Below, piece by piece: positions 16,395-27,853 of a DNA stretch of 64,000 nucleotides. Position 1 is the first letter of the stretch. Each line of letters begins with the position of its first letter. Under the pieces are notes generated by a model. That model searched no databases and was not told the origin of the DNA. It saw only the letters and a program-made list of their open reading frames with translations. A program made the translations under genes and the position numbers. The stretch lies in NCBI RefSeq assembly GCF_030013595.1, contig NZ_CP122768.1. One strand, given 5' to 3'. The stretch comes from Escherichia coli (GTDB lineage: Bacteria > Pseudomonadota > Gammaproteobacteria > Enterobacterales > Enterobacteriaceae).

Positions 16395-16724
16395 TTATTG
16401 GGGTTTACAACATTTAGGTTTGCCAATTCGTCTGGCTAACTCTTGCTGAGTGATTTCTGACTGTAAAAAAGCATTTAACAGCAATACCTTAGAGGCGACA
16501 CTCAAAGGCACTTCAATAAAGTGATCGTGACTATTTAATGGCGAAGGTAACGGGATAAGCTCGTTATCTTCAAAATAAAAATCAAATGCGGTCAGTAAAG
16601 CATCTTTTGCCGCTTCCATCGCTTCAGCAACTGTTTCGCCCTGGGTCAACGCTTCAGGGATATCCACAAAAGAAACCATATAACCGCCTTCCGGCGCGGG
16701 TGTAAGAGTGACGGGATAACGCAT
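16395..16724 (-). CDS. hicB: HicB antitoxin, C-terminally truncated at the element junction
   Basis: Matches recalled K-12 HicB from MRYPVTLTPAPEGGYMV.. through ..ARRIGKPK, then 5 non-native codons (CCKPQ) and a stop; C-terminal DNA-binding domain missing. Confidence 0.7.
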   Translation of the reverse strand: MRYPVTLTPAPEGGYMVSFVDIPEALTQGETVAEAMEAAKDALLTAFDFYFEDNELIPLPSPLNSHDHFIEVPLSVASKVLLLNAFLQSEITQQELARRIGKPKCCKPQ

Positions 16725-16769
16725 AATTTCGACTGTCTCTCGCATGTCATTAACCTTTTTAATTGGCGA

Positions 16770-16946
16770 TTAACTCAAACCGAGTTGCTTCAGGATTGCT
16801 TTACGCAATGGTTCTTTAATCTCATCGCAGGGGTGACGCGGCATGACACTGCGCCTCCCGTGAAACCTGAGTTTTAAATGGTTGCTGCCATTCGCTACAT
16901 CGACGCCCTGAGATTCGAGCCAACGTCTGAACTCGCTTTGTTTCAC
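16770..16946 (-). CDS. hicA: HicA mRNA-interferase toxin, 58 aa, GTG start
   Basis: Hand translation VKQSEFRRWLESQGVDVANGSNHLKLRFHGRRSVMPRHPCDEIKEPLRKAILKQLGLS; below the ORF-track size cut-off. Confidence 0.7.
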   Translation of the reverse strand: MKQSEFRRWLESQGVDVANGSNHLKLRFHGRRSVMPRHPCDEIKEPLRKAILKQLGLS

Positions 16947-17167
16947 ATCGCCTCCCTGCCGCTGAGTATATCAACAAAGTAAACATTAGTGTTTACCTCC
17001 GTGTGTAATTTGCTCGAAAATAGCACTAAATCGCCGCAACGGCAGAATGCAATGCAAAATCAGGAAGGAAGATTCCAGAATTTCTTTGCGCTAATTTGCA
17101 AAACTGAATAATAACCTCAAGAAACTATCGGCATCATAGCGGCAAAAGGTGAGAAAAAGGTGGCGGG

Positions 17168-17398
17168 ATGTTTACGAAGGCGTTATCGGTTGTCTTATTA
17201 ACGTGTGCGCTGTTCTCAGGACAACTCATGGCAGGGCACAAAGGACATGAATTTATGTGGGTAAAGAATGTGGATCATCAGCTACGTCATGAAGCGGACA
17301 GCGATGAATTGCGTGCCGTGGCGGAAGAGTCGGCGGAAGGTTTGCGCGAGCATTTTTACTGGCAAAAATCGCGCAAACCAGAAGCGGGACAACGTTGA
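17168..17398 (+). CDS. yncJ: Small secreted protein YncJ, 76 aa
   Basis: ORF track; signal peptide; K-12 position between hicA and ydcP. Confidence 0.6.
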   Translation: MFTKALSVVLLTCALFSGQLMAGHKGHEFMWVKNVDHQLRHEADSDELRAVAEESAEGLREHFYWQKSRKPEAGQR

Positions 17399-17404
17399 GT
17401 CATT

Positions 17405-17445
17405 TATTGCCGGATGCGGCGTGACGCCTTACCCGGCCAACAATA
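17405..17445. repeat. REP element
   Basis: GCCGGATGCGGCGTGACGCCTTACCCGGCC palindromic unit in an intergenic region. Confidence 0.5.
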
Positions 17446-17489
17446 TCATGCAGATTCAATAAGTTGTGAGTAACCAGAAAACTGGCGTT

Positions 17490-19493
17490 TTACCCTTTTC
17501 GCTTCGGCAATGTTTTCAGCAGCTCATCCGGACTTACGGAGGCGACAACACTTCCCGGTAACGGCATTTTCAGAATGTGATTTTTAATTTTGCCGATGAC
17601 GTGCATCTCGCATGGGCGGCAATCAAACTTTAGCGTTAATACTTCATCGCCGTTAACCAGTTGCATTGGCGTCGCCTTCCAGCTTTTGATATTGCCTTTC
17701 GCCTGTTTCGGGCACAGATTGAAGGCAAAGCGCAGACAATGCTTAGTGATCATCACCGGGACTTCGCCCTTCTCTTCATGTGCCTCATACGCCGCGTCAA
17801 TCAGCTGCACACCGTAGCGATGATAAAATTCACGCGCTTTCTGGTTGTATACGTTCGCGAGGAAACTCAGATGCGTTTGCGGATAAACCGGCGCAGGATC
17901 AGCAACCGGTTTACGGCTGCCCCGCTGGTAACCGGCAAGACGTGCAGCATCCAGCATGTCGGCGGCTTCACGGCGGAACTGGTTTAACAGACTGTTTGGT
18001 ACAAACAGCGCACCCGGCAAATTAATTTGCACATCGCGGGCGTAATAGATGGTTTGCCCCAGTTTTGCCAGACCATCCTTTAGATTGTTCATTGCTTTTT
18101 CGGCGTTATTGGCTTCGTCGAACTGCCCGTCCAGCGTATGCATGATGCTGACACCCTCTTCACTGGTGAGGGTCAGAATCAGTTGTTCCTGCCAGCCGCC
18201 CAGTTCAATGTCTACCGCCACCCGACGTTCGCTGGATGTTTTGGTCAGTGCCTGCTGCCAGTTATGATCAAGATTACGGTTTAGTGGGTGATGCGGGCGA
18301 ATTTTGTGCAACTCTGCTGGCATTTCATTGGGCCAGACGCGGTACTGATTTTCTCCGGTTTTCTCGACCGTATTGGCACGAAAGCCGACGACTTCACGTT
18401 TAATCATCACGTTCAGGCCATCGCCATTTGCCAGTGGTTCGGAAACGGCAACATCGAGATGATCTTTCGCCACTTTCAATACTTCACCCACCGGCAGGCC
18501 GATAAATTTCGGCGAATCGAACGCGCCAATATCGCCTTTACGGGCATTCACAAAATAATCTGTGCTACCACGGTGGAAAGTCTTTTCCGTCGATGGAACA
18601 AAGAAATGTTCAGTACGACCTGATGAAGCACGCGTCAGATCGACACGTTCTTCAATAATGGCATCCAGCATCTGGCGATAATGGGCGGTGATATTCTTCA
18701 CGTAGCTCATATCTTTGTAACGCCCTTCAATCTTGAAGGAGCGTACGCCAGCATCAATCAGCGCGCCGAGGTTGGCAGTCTGATCGTTATCTTTCATCGA
18801 CAGCAGATGTTTTTCATAGGAAACCACCCGCCCCTGATCGTCTTTCAATGTGTATGGCAAACGGCACGCCTGCGAGCAATCGCCACGGTTGGCGCTACGC
18901 CCTGTTTGCGCATGAGAAATGTAGCACTGACCCGAATAGGCCACGCACAGTGCGCCATGAATAAAGAATTCAATGGTCGCGTCCGTGGCCTGGTGAATCG
19001 CGCGGATCTGCTCAAGATTCAGTTCTCGCGCCAGCACAATCTGCGTGAAGCCAACATCAGAGAGGAACTTCGCTTTTTCTACTGTACGAATGTCGCACTG
19101 CGTACTGGCGTGCAGTTCAATCGGCGGAATATCAAGTTCCAGAATCCCCATATCCTGAACAATCAGCGCATCGACGCCGGTCTGGTAGAGGTCAGTAATC
19201 AGCCGTTGCGCGGGTTCCAGCTCATCATCATGCAAAATTGTGTTAAGCGTGACGAAAATTTTTGCACCATAACGATGGGCAAACGGCACCAGCTCGGCAA
19301 TATCTTTCAGGCTATTACTGGCATTATGACGGGCACCAAAACCAGGGCCGCCGATATAAACAGCATCGGCACCGTGCAAAATAGCTTCGCGGGCAATGGC
19401 GGCATCGCGTGCCGGACTTAACAGTTCAAGACGATGAGAAGATACAGTCACTTTCTTATCCAGTAGCTGAAAAATGGCGGCTATTTTAGCCAC
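17490..19493 (-). CDS. ydcP: U32-family peptidase-like protein
   Basis: ORF track (667 aa); U32-type motifs; K-12 synteny. Confidence 0.7.
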   Translation of the reverse strand: MAKIAAIFQLLDKKVTVSSHRLELLSPARDAAIAREAILHGADAVYIGGPGFGARHNASNSLKDIAELVPFAHRYGAKIFVTLNTILHDDELEPAQRLITDLYQTGVDALIVQDMGILELDIPPIELHASTQCDIRTVEKAKFLSDVGFTQIVLARELNLEQIRAIHQATDATIEFFIHGALCVAYSGQCYISHAQTGRSANRGDCSQACRLPYTLKDDQGRVVSYEKHLLSMKDNDQTANLGALIDAGVRSFKIEGRYKDMSYVKNITAHYRQMLDAIIEERVDLTRASSGRTEHFFVPSTEKTFHRGSTDYFVNARKGDIGAFDSPKFIGLPVGEVLKVAKDHLDVAVSEPLANGDGLNVMIKREVVGFRANTVEKTGENQYRVWPNEMPAELHKIRPHHPLNRNLDHNWQQALTKTSSERRVAVDIELGGWQEQLILTLTSEEGVSIMHTLDGQFDEANNAEKAMNNLKDGLAKLGQTIYYARDVQINLPGALFVPNSLLNQFRREAADMLDAARLAGYQRGSRKPVADPAPVYPQTHLSFLANVYNQKAREFYHRYGVQLIDAAYEAHEEKGEVPVMITKHCLRFAFNLCPKQAKGNIKSWKATPMQLVNGDEVLTLKFDCRPCEMHVIGKIKNHILKMPLPGSVVASVSPDELLKTLPKRKG

Positions 19494-19523
19494 AAGCGCG
19501 ACGTTGCGAAATAGTTTTCCCGC

Positions 19524-20060
19524 TTAACTGCGCGGGTAATGGATGAGGGAATGAAAATGTACGGTTTGCTCCCCTCCATTACGATAGACATGCGTGACGT
19601 CTGCAGCAAATCGAGCGCCTTCCCCACAATTAAGGCTCTGCCATTCACCATCAACGCACAGATCAAGTTGTCCATCAATGACGACGACATGTTCGATTAC
19701 CCCCTTCTCATGGGGCGTCGATTCGCTTATTGCACCGGGTGCCATCTGAATCGAGAAGTGTTCAAAGCAGAGTTGTGGATCATAAGGAAACAGCGAAGTG
19801 ATCACCATCGCCTGCCGTTGTGGATCATAAACTGAAGGCGTAGCGGACTGCGGCGGAGAAATAAATGTTGAAAATGGCACGTTCAACCCGGTGGCAATTT
19901 TCCATAATGTCGCGACCGTCGGGCTGGATTCATTACGCTCAATCTGCCCTAACATCGCTTTAGAAACGCCCGTCGCTTCTGCCAGTCGCGAAAGACTCCA
20001 GCCGCGCTGCTGACGTAGTTGTTTAAGTGTGGTGGATAAAAAGCGAGCGAGATTTTCCAT
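19524..20060 (-). CDS. ydcN: HTH (XRE) plus cupin transcriptional regulator, 178 aa
   Basis: ORF track; synteny. Confidence 0.7.
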   Translation of the reverse strand: MENLARFLSTTLKQLRQQRGWSLSRLAEATGVSKAMLGQIERNESSPTVATLWKIATGLNVPFSTFISPPQSATPSVYDPQRQAMVITSLFPYDPQLCFEHFSIQMAPGAISESTPHEKGVIEHVVVIDGQLDLCVDGEWQSLNCGEGARFAADVTHVYRNGGEQTVHFHSLIHYPRS

Positions 20061-20151
20061 GCGACTCCTCCGGCAAAACGGAAGTTTATCACTTGTGCGT
20101 TATAACGGACAAATGCTACGGTACCTGTACGTTATAACGCACGAGGTGACT

Positions 20152-21324
20152 ATGCGTCTGTTTTCTATTCCTCCACCCACGCTACTGGCGGGGTTTCTGG
20201 CGGTATTAATTGGCTACGCCAGTTCAGCGGCAATAATCTGGCAAGCAGCGATTGTCGCCGGAGCCACCACTGCACAAATCTCTGGCTGGATGACGGCGCT
20301 GGGGCTGGCAATGGGCGTCAGTACGCTGACTCTGACATTATGGTATCGCGTACCTGTTCTCACCGCATGGTCAACGCCTGGCGCGGCTTTGTTGGTCACC
20401 GGATTACAGGGACTAACACTTAACGAAGCCATCGGCGTTTTTATTGTCACCAACGCGTTAATAGTCCTCTGCGGCATAACGGGACTCTTTGCTCGTCTGA
20501 TGCGCATTATTCCGCACTCGCTTGCGGCGGCAATGCTTGCCGGGATTTTATTACGCTTTGGTTTACAGGCGTTTGCCAGTCTGGATGGTCAATCTACGTT
20601 GTGTGGAAGTATGTTGCTGGTATGGCTGGCAACCAAGGCCGTTGCGCCGCGCTATGCGGTAATTGCCGCGATGATTATTGGGGTCGTGATCGTTATCGCG
20701 CAAGGTGACGTTGTCACAACTGATGTTGTCTTTAAACCCGTTCTCCCCACTTATATTAGCCCTGATTTTTCGTTTGCTCACAGCCTGAGCGTTGCACTCC
20801 CCCTTTTTCTGGTGACGATGGCATCGCAAAACGCACCGGGTATCGCAGCAATGAAAGCCGCCGGATATTCAGCTCCTGTTTCGCCATTAATTGTATTTAC
20901 TGGATTGCTGGCACTGGTTTTTTCCCCTTTCGGCGTTTATTCCGTCGGTATTGCGGCAATCACCGCGGCTATTTGCCAAAGCCCGGAAGCGCATCCGGAT
21001 AAAGATCAACGTTGGCTGGCAGCTGCCGTTGCCGGCATTTTCTATTTGCTCGCAGGTTTGTTTGGTAGTGCCATTACCGGGATGATGGCTGCCCTGCCCG
21101 TAAGTTGGATCCAGATGCTGGCAGGTCTGGCGCTGTTAAGTACCATTGGCGGCAGTTTGTATCAGGCGCTGCATAATGAGCGTGAGCGAGACGCGGCGGT
21201 GGTGGCATTTCTGGTAACGGCAAGTGGATTGACGCTGGTCGGGATTGGTTCTGCGTTCTGGGGATTAATTGCCGGAGGCGTTTGTTACGTGGTGTTGAAT
21301 TTAATCGCTCACAGAAACCGATAA
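20152..21324 (+). CDS. ydcO: BenE-family inner-membrane transporter, 390 aa
   Basis: ATG at 20152 (MRLFSIPPP..) inside tracked ORF 20029..21324; polytopic membrane protein. Confidence 0.7.
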   Translation: MRLFSIPPPTLLAGFLAVLIGYASSAAIIWQAAIVAGATTAQISGWMTALGLAMGVSTLTLTLWYRVPVLTAWSTPGAALLVTGLQGLTLNEAIGVFIVTNALIVLCGITGLFARLMRIIPHSLAAAMLAGILLRFGLQAFASLDGQSTLCGSMLLVWLATKAVAPRYAVIAAMIIGVVIVIAQGDVVTTDVVFKPVLPTYISPDFSFAHSLSVALPLFLVTMASQNAPGIAAMKAAGYSAPVSPLIVFTGLLALVFSPFGVYSVGIAAITAAICQSPEAHPDKDQRWLAAAVAGIFYLLAGLFGSAITGMMAALPVSWIQMLAGLALLSTIGGSLYQALHNERERDAAVVAFLVTASGLTLVGIGSAFWGLIAGGVCYVVLNLIAHRNR

Positions 21325-21325
21325 T

Positions 21326-21350
21326 AAAAAGCGCCATCTTACGATGGCGC
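21326..21350. terminator. Bidirectional terminator between convergent ydcO and ydcL
   Basis: AAAAAGCGCCATCTTACGATGGCGC hairpin. Confidence 0.5.
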
Positions 21351-21358
21351 GGCTGGAA

Positions 21359-22027
21359 TTACTTTTTGTTAACGTCAAACATAGTGGCATCGGTCGCCAT
21401 GTCATCAATAACTTGTTTAATATTTTCGAAAGCCATTGGCGTACTTTCGTTATTCAGGTCTTTACCTTCGCCCTGACGAACGACTTTGATAACCGGTTTA
21501 TTAGTCGCTGCATCAATCAGCTCACCTTCAAAATAGAGGCGAGTATCCATGGTACGGTGGCCCGTCGCCATTTGCGTCCCCGCGACCACTAATGCGACAG
21601 GAACCACTTCATAGAATTGCAGCCCTTCTTTGCTGGTATCAACACCGGTAATGGCCCCACGGAAAATCAGACTACGCGGCCCAGCGGTGGTAACCAGTGG
21701 TTTACGCTGCGCTATCGCTTCTTTCATTTCGGTGTTGGTATAGTTCAAAATTTTATCCAGAACTTTCTGCCCTACCTGGGTTGAAGGTTTCGGTACCGGA
21801 TAATAAGTGATTGGGTTCCAGACGATGCTGTCATATTTGCTTTGATCAAAACTCGGGTCTACCCAACGTAAAACAGGTTTACCTGTTGCTGAGGTTGTTT
21901 CTTTTAAATCAGAGTAATTGTTTAAAAAACCAGAATATTTATCTGGCTGGGTGATTTTAGAGGCACAACCAGACAGAGCCAACAAGCCGCATAAAGCTGC
22001 AACTTTCGCAAATGATGTGGTACGCAT
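21359..22027 (-). CDS. ydcL: Lipoprotein YdcL, 222 aa
   Basis: ORF track; lipobox LSGCAS. Confidence 0.65.
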   Translation of the reverse strand: MRTTSFAKVAALCGLLALSGCASKITQPDKYSGFLNNYSDLKETTSATGKPVLRWVDPSFDQSKYDSIVWNPITYYPVPKPSTQVGQKVLDKILNYTNTEMKEAIAQRKPLVTTAGPRSLIFRGAITGVDTSKEGLQFYEVVPVALVVAGTQMATGHRTMDTRLYFEGELIDAATNKPVIKVVRQGEGKDLNNESTPMAFENIKQVIDDMATDATMFDVNKK

Positions 22028-22329
22028 GAATAGTTTCCTGAGATGATTATATTACTTTCTAAGTTATAGCAAAAAGCGCCGCTTCGTGTTGTGGCAAAAA
22101 AAGTGTTGGTGAAAATAAATTTTTTAGCCCCTTTTCAGACGACATAGTCAATGCCGAAAAAGGGGCTAAGTCAATCATCAGTAGTTAAATTTCAGTAAGT
22201 TAAGCGGCTAAAAAACTTCGACTACTGTGATTAATTTCACATCCCTTCGATAAAAAATATGCTTACCGAAAAGAAGAACAGTAAACCATCTCAGCGTGGG
22301 GAATTTTCACGCGCTTTGTTCTTACCGGA

Positions 22330-22923
22330 TCATTTTTTACGTGCCAGCATCGTGGCGAAACGCAGTTTAATACGATTACCGTTGGCGTCGGTACGGTGCA
22401 GCTCGCCGACGTCTTCATTGTATTTCACCCTCTCCCAGCCTTCGTAATATCGACGTAATTCTCCCTCTTTGAATGCAAACGGGAAGCCGACGGTACATGG
22501 ATAATCAGCGGTATCCATCGCCGCCACAATCAGGTTGTAACCGCCAGGTTTAGTGCAACGTTGCATATTGGCAATCAGCCCTGGGATGGTTTTAGCCTCA
22601 AGGAACATCAGCACCACAGTCGAAATAATAAAATCGTACTGTCCATCAAATGTGAGGTTATTCAGATCAACGACCCGGGTGTGTAAATTATCCAGATTTT
22701 CAATGGACTTAATGCGCTCGACGTTGGCGATACTCATGGCATTTTTATCCCATGCGTCAACATCATAACCATTGGCTGCCAGGTAAAGACTGTTACGACC
22801 ATTGCCACAGCCCAGATCCAGCGTTTTGCCCGGTTTAACCACTTTCACCGCTTCCAGCACTTCAGAGTGTGTGCGGGTTAATTCATATTTATCAGTAAAA
22901 TAGTTTTCATCACGAATGATCAT
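22330..22923 (-). CDS. tehB: Tellurite resistance methyltransferase TehB, 197 aa
   Basis: ORF track; SAM-MTase motif [10 protein letters not shown]; overlaps tehA by 4 bp. Confidence 0.85.
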   Translation of the reverse strand: MIIRDENYFTDKYELTRTHSEVLEAVKVVKPGKTLDLGCGNGRNSLYLAANGYDVDAWDKNAMSIANVERIKSIENLDNLHTRVVDLNNLTFDGQYDFIISTVVLMFLEAKTIPGLIANMQRCTKPGGYNLIVAAMDTADYPCTVGFPFAFKEGELRRYYEGWERVKYNEDVGELHRTDANGNRIKLRFATMLARKK

Positions 22924-23912
22924 TCTTTGTCCTCTGCTTTCATTAAAACGGCGCGCTCGGTTCTGACTAACAATTTTCCCTGCATCAGAAGCGCAAAAGT
23001 ACGGATGAGCAGTATTGCAATAATAAAATTGGTAAAGATAAACAGCGGCACCGCCAGCGTATGAAAAAATCCATTATCGCTGCCACTCCCCATATGCAAA
23101 CCGGTGGTTGCCAGTGCAGATACGCCGAACGAGAAACTCCAGAATGAAGCATTAAATGGCTGGGAGAGATACCATGGCATCAGACGTAGCATAAACAGCA
23201 GTTGCAGCAGCCCATAACCGAAAAGCATTTTCGCCAGCGTGTCACCCTCGCCGCCGTTGACGCTTAGCCAGGCACTACAGGCCACCAGCGCAGGAGCGAG
23301 CTGAATGCCGAGTGATGTCCGCAGTGCCGTGGGTAATTCTCCCGAACTGCGCAGACGCTGCAAGATCACCGGTTCAAGGCTTAGCCATGAGAAAACGCCT
23401 GCGCCTAAAAACACCAGACCGGCGTCGGTGTAGCCCAACGCACCACAGGCCATTGCGCTGATAAAGTTGTTGGCAACTGTCGGCAGATACAGTCCAGGCG
23501 TGGTAGCTTCTTCAGGGTGAGATCCGCGCCATAATCCCGCAGTTTGCCATGCGGCATAAGCCAGTTGCACCACGACACCAAAACTGAACAGGCACACCGC
23601 CAGTGGGCGAAACCACGGAACAAAACCAATCGCCACCAGCATCGTCGTTGCCGGAAACAAACTCACAAAACTGCTCAGCACTGGATGGCGCACTTCCGCC
23701 AGCACGCTATGCGGAAAGCGTATGAGTCGGGTAATAAATGCGCTAGTTAATAATCCCCAGATGATCATCGCCAGAATCACCAGCCCATCCCCTAACCAGT
23801 GGCTGACCTGCCAAACCTGGCTGGCATAGCGCCAGGCAAATCCCATCCCTATCGTCCCCAACACAATACCAAAGTAGCCTGCCGGCAAATTGAGCACTTT
23901 ATCGCTCTGCAT
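22920..23912 (-). CDS. tehA: Tellurite resistance protein TehA, 330 aa
   Basis: ATG ([15 protein letters not shown]..) inside tracked ORF 22920..24020. Confidence 0.85.
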   Translation of the reverse strand: MQSDKVLNLPAGYFGIVLGTIGMGFAWRYASQVWQVSHWLGDGLVILAMIIWGLLTSAFITRLIRFPHSVLAEVRHPVLSSFVSLFPATTMLVAIGFVPWFRPLAVCLFSFGVVVQLAYAAWQTAGLWRGSHPEEATTPGLYLPTVANNFISAMACGALGYTDAGLVFLGAGVFSWLSLEPVILQRLRSSGELPTALRTSLGIQLAPALVACSAWLSVNGGEGDTLAKMLFGYGLLQLLFMLRLMPWYLSQPFNASFWSFSFGVSALATTGLHMGSGSDNGFFHTLAVPLFIFTNFIIAILLIRTFALLMQGKLLVRTERAVLMKAEDKE

Positions 23913-24035
23913 CTTCTTACTCATTTTGTTTAATTTATAAAGTATATTTGAAATGCATTTTATGGAATTTTCTCGAGCATAGCCAGAGCCGCAGAATTTG
24001 CTACGGTTATAGTAAGTCACCTGTGGGAAAACGCT

Positions 24036-25016
24036 ATGCGCAAATATCGTCTAAGTGAAGAACAGCGAGCCTTTAGTTATCAGGAAGATGGCACTAAAAA
24101 AAGTGTGTTATTACGGCAGATTATCGCCATTAGCGATTTTAACGATGTGATAGCAGGAACCGCTGGCGGCTGGATCGATCGCGAAACGGTGTTAGCACAG
24201 GAAGGAAATTGCTGGATTTACGACCAGAATGCTATTGCGTTCGGCGGAGCGGTGATTTCCGGTAATACGCGTATCACCGGCACCAGCGTGCTGTGGGGAG
24301 AGGTTTACGCAACGGATAACGTCTGGATCGATAATAGTGAAATCAGCCAGGGTGCATATATAAGTGACAGCGTCACCATTCATGACTCATTAGTTTACGG
24401 GCAATGTAGAATATTTGGTCACGCCTTAATTGATCAACATTCTATGATCGTCGCCGCACAAGGCTTAACGCCCGACCATCAACTCCTGCTCCAAATTTAT
24501 GATCGCGCAAGGGTTAGCGCCTCGCGTATTGTCCACCAGGCACAAATTTATGGCGATGCCGTCGTCCGGTATGCTTTTATTGAACATCGCGCCGAAGTTT
24601 TTGATTTTGCCAGCGTTGAAGGTAATGAAGAGAACAACGTCTGGCTATGCGATTGCGCTAAAGTCTACGGTCACGCGCAGGTGAAAGCTGGCATAGAAGA
24701 AGATGCCATTCCGACGATTCATTACAGTTCGCAGGTGGCGGAATATGCCATTGTGGAAGGTAATTGTGTGTTAAAACATCATGTCTTGATTGGCGGAAAT
24801 GCCGTGGTATGTGGCGGACCGATTCTGCTCGACGAGCACGTTGTCATACAAGGTGAGAGCCGTATTACAGGTGCGGTGATAATTGAAAACCATGTGGAGT
24901 TAACCGACCACGCCGTCGTTGAAGCCTTTGATGGCGACACGGTTCATGTCCGTGGTCCAAAAGTCATTAACGGCGAGGAACGCATTACTCGAACGCCACT
25001 GGCAGGGTTATTGTGA
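24036..25016 (+). CDS. ydcK: Uncharacterised protein YdcK, 326 aa
   Basis: ORF track; synteny. Confidence 0.6.
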   Translation: MRKYRLSEEQRAFSYQEDGTKKSVLLRQIIAISDFNDVIAGTAGGWIDRETVLAQEGNCWIYDQNAIAFGGAVISGNTRITGTSVLWGEVYATDNVWIDNSEISQGAYISDSVTIHDSLVYGQCRIFGHALIDQHSMIVAAQGLTPDHQLLLQIYDRARVSASRIVHQAQIYGDAVVRYAFIEHRAEVFDFASVEGNEENNVWLCDCAKVYGHAQVKAGIEEDAIPTIHYSSQVAEYAIVEGNCVLKHHVLIGGNAVVCGGPILLDEHVVIQGESRITGAVIIENHVELTDHAVVEAFDGDTVHVRGPKVINGEERITRTPLAGLL

Positions 25017-25547
25017 ATCGATAATAAGCGCGTATAAGTTCACATCATCATAGGCATCATTCAGGAACTCAGCCTGTTTCAGGCAACCTTCAAGGATAAA
25101 ACCATTGCGCAAAGCGACCTGGTTGCTTTGCGCATTGTCCACCCGACATTTGATCACGAAGCGTCTAAGTTCACCAGACTGAGCGTAATGATGAATCAAT
25201 GCCTGCAGCGCCTGAGAAATGATCCCCTGCCCCTGATGAGATTCGTCCAGCCAGTAGCCGATTTCAGCGGTTTTATTCAGTGGTTCAATACGATTAAACG
25301 AGATAACGCCGATAAGTTCATCTTCTTTGAAAATCATGAACATTTTGGCATAGCCGCGTTGATGCAACATCACATTACCCTGCACCGTTTTTCGCGTGTC
25401 CTCTTCACTCTGAACAAACTGCGGCCAGTTTAGCGACTGCTGTAACCAGGTTTTATTTTTACAGATTAACTGATAAAGAGGTATGACATGACTTTCTGCA
25501 ACAGCATGTAATTCAAGTGATTCACTTACTTTTATCGTTTCAGTCAT
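25008..25547 (-). CDS. rimL: Ribosomal-protein L7/L12 serine acetyltransferase RimL
   Basis: Start MTETIKV.. inside tracked ORF 25008..25562; GNAT fold. Confidence 0.8.
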   Translation of the reverse strand: MTETIKVSESLELHAVAESHVIPLYQLICKNKTWLQQSLNWPQFVQSEEDTRKTVQGNVMLHQRGYAKMFMIFKEDELIGVISFNRIEPLNKTAEIGYWLDESHQGQGIISQALQALIHHYAQSGELRRFVIKCRVDNAQSNQVALRNGFILEGCLKQAEFLNDAYDDVNLYALIIDSQ

Positions 25548-25609
25548 CTTATCTCCAGTCAATCCATGCAGTTGTTAAAAAAGCCGCCTGGCTGGCGGCT
25601 TAGGAAAGT

Positions 25610-25834
25610 TTACACCTCTTTGACGCTCTCCTGCTGCAGGATTTTGAGCATCTCATCTTTTAACTGTAACTTTTGTTTTTTCATGCGGACCACTTCCGCA
25701 TTGTACCCTCGACCGTCGGAACCTTCCTTTCTGGCAATTTCATGATCAAGTTTATTGTGTTTATCGAACAAGGACATAAAGCGAGGATTTTCGTTTTTCA
25801 GACGGGATATTAAATCTCGGTATTCTGGAAACAT
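25610..25834 (-). CDS. ydcH: Small protein YdcH, 74 aa
   Basis: Start MFPEYRD.. inside tracked ORF 25610..25840. Confidence 0.6.
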   Translation of the reverse strand: MFPEYRDLISRLKNENPRFMSLFDKHNKLDHEIARKEGSDGRGYNAEVVRMKKQKLQLKDEMLKILQQESVKEV

Positions 25835-25973
25835 ACGCACTCCCTGTTAGTGGCTGACAAGGTGTATCTGAAATACACACTATCAGATTACTCATTTAAC
25901 TTAGGGAAAAATGCGAGCGGGATCGTGTTTAACCAGACGGCACCTCCCGAAGAAGGTGCCGAAGAAAAAACGA

Positions 25974-27629
25974 TTAACTCATCACGCGGTCGTCAACATA
26001 CTGACGTTTATCCGGCGCTGGCGGGAAATACTGATACAGCCATGTTTCACTGATAGCGTCGCCCTGACAACGCAGATACATCCGCATATCGACCGGATCA
26101 GTGGAGTCCGAAGTCGGATACCAGTCAAACTGAATACGATAACCATCAATGGGTTCAATATAGAGAATTTCGATTTGCTTCGCTTCCCCACTGGAAAGCG
26201 TAATCACCGGCTCAATGCCTTTTGGTGCGGCAGCTTTCAGATCACCACCAACGAAATCGACGGCAAAACGACGCGCCCATTTTTCGGGATAGTGTTCACC
26301 TGGCGCCCAACCTTCCGGGAAACCGCCCATGCCGGTACGCGTCGCCATAACGCGCGCTAATGGGCAATGAACAGGCGGTTGCGCACTCCAGTACAGACGA
26401 TACTGGAATGCAAACTCATCACCCGCTTTTACAGCTTTTTCTGGCTGCCAGAAGCAGACAATGTTATCCAGCGTTTCACCCGTAGTTGGGATTTCCATCA
26501 GGCCGATGGTGCCCTTACCCCACTTGTTACGCGGTTCCACCCACAGACTTGGGCGTTTGTTATACCAGCCCATAATGTCCTGATAATGAGAGAAATCACG
26601 ATCCAGTTGCAATAAACCAAACCCTTTCGGGTTGTTGTCGGTGTAAGCATTGAACTGCAATTTTTGCGGATTGCTCAGCGGACGGCAAATCCACTCGCCG
26701 TTGCCCCGCCACATGGACAGACGATCAGAGTCATGGATTTGCGGATGAATGGTGTCGCACATCCGACGTTCATTAGTACCGCAGCTGAACATGCTGGTCA
26801 TCGGCGCAATGCCCAGCTGTTTAATGTCTTTGCGCGCATACAGGTGATTTTCCACATCCATAATCACCTGACTTTTCTCACAATGGATAGTGAACTTATA
26901 GGCACCAGTAATGCTGGTGCTATCGAGCAACGCATAAACGGTAAAGGTGGTTGCCCCCGGTTTTACCGTATCAAACCAGAAGGCGGTAAAGTCGGGGAAC
27001 TCTTCTTTACTGTCGGTGTAAGTGTCGATCGCCAGGCCGCGAGCCGATAGACCGTATTGATATGTGTCGTCAACGGCGCGGAAATAACTCGCACCGAGGA
27101 ATGATACTACATCACGGCGCGCCAGTTCGGGGGCTTTAAACACGCGAAAACCGGCAAAACCGAGATCGCTTTGCCCTTCTAATTGTTTGGTATCAACACC
27201 CGCATCGTTGTATTTGAACAACTCCGGGCGAAAGTGAATTTCACGCGCCAGATGTGTTGCGGGATCAACAGAAAACATACGAACGCGGCGACGGAAACCC
27301 ATTCCCATATGGAAGAACTGAGCGTCCAGTTGACGGTTCTCAACGTTATGCCAGAGCGATTTTTCGGCGTCGTATTGAATACTGTTATAAGCCTGCGGCG
27401 TCATTGTCGCCAGAGTGTCAGGTAACGGACGCGGCGCACCACGCCACGCGGTTTGCGCTAAGTCGTGCGCCATTGACTGTAGAATGGAGAAGTCAAAACG
27501 CTGGGTTTGCCCGTCGGCAATATCAGAATCTGCCGCGAATGCCGCCTGAGAAAAAAGAGAAGCAATGCCGCTGGTACCGCACACGGCGGCCATAGCCATT
27601 GAACCTTTAATAAATCGTCTACGATCCAT
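25974..27629 (-). CDS. opgD: Glucans biosynthesis protein D (OpgD/MdoD), 551 aa, Tat signal
   Basis: ORF track; [10 protein letters not shown] twin-arginine leader. Confidence 0.85.
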   Translation of the reverse strand: MDRRRFIKGSMAMAAVCGTSGIASLFSQAAFAADSDIADGQTQRFDFSILQSMAHDLAQTAWRGAPRPLPDTLATMTPQAYNSIQYDAEKSLWHNVENRQLDAQFFHMGMGFRRRVRMFSVDPATHLAREIHFRPELFKYNDAGVDTKQLEGQSDLGFAGFRVFKAPELARRDVVSFLGASYFRAVDDTYQYGLSARGLAIDTYTDSKEEFPDFTAFWFDTVKPGATTFTVYALLDSTSITGAYKFTIHCEKSQVIMDVENHLYARKDIKQLGIAPMTSMFSCGTNERRMCDTIHPQIHDSDRLSMWRGNGEWICRPLSNPQKLQFNAYTDNNPKGFGLLQLDRDFSHYQDIMGWYNKRPSLWVEPRNKWGKGTIGLMEIPTTGETLDNIVCFWQPEKAVKAGDEFAFQYRLYWSAQPPVHCPLARVMATRTGMGGFPEGWAPGEHYPEKWARRFAVDFVGGDLKAAAPKGIEPVITLSSGEAKQIEILYIEPIDGYRIQFDWYPTSDSTDPVDMRMYLRCQGDAISETWLYQYFPPAPDKRQYVDDRVMS

Positions 27630-27853
27630 ACCTGAAAGTGAGTCCTTCTGGTGTTGTGAATGGTCCCGCGCTGGTCGTTTTCAGCGGCAAGAAAGTGCTT
27701 ATTTATGACCGCTCACTCTAGACAATATTTATTAATAATCCAATTGTTGAACTCAGAGAATATGCATTAATCGGCAATTTTTTTATGTCGATGGGATGAG
27801 CCTGATTCGTTTGTAAAATCAGGCAAATTTTTGCAAAGGCGGATGGTCAGAAT

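Larger units (their letters stand above)
1..16400. mobile_element. Right-hand ~16.4 kb of an integrated phage-derived element (prophage or capsid-encoding satellite); left boundary beyond window start
   Basis: Contiguous minus-strand late operon (terS-like, terL, portal, protease-capsid, neck genes, tail fibre) with AAGGGG-type SDs; abuts truncated hicB at ~16395-16410; no equivalent next to hicB in K-12 as I recall it. Confidence 0.75.

Noticed and set aside
1-16400. Reverse transcriptase (retron or diversity-generating element) and integrase near the junction
   Set aside because: No ORF with RT or tyrosine/serine recombinase features in the window; any integrase would lie beyond the window start.
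17590-19421. Plus-strand ORFs inside ydcP (17590..17817 through 18681..19421)
   Set aside because: Antisense to a conserved 667-aa gene.
22090-22150. Long inverted repeat between ydcL and tehB as a mobile-element end
   Set aside because: No transposase or second end nearby; more likely a REP-like palindrome.
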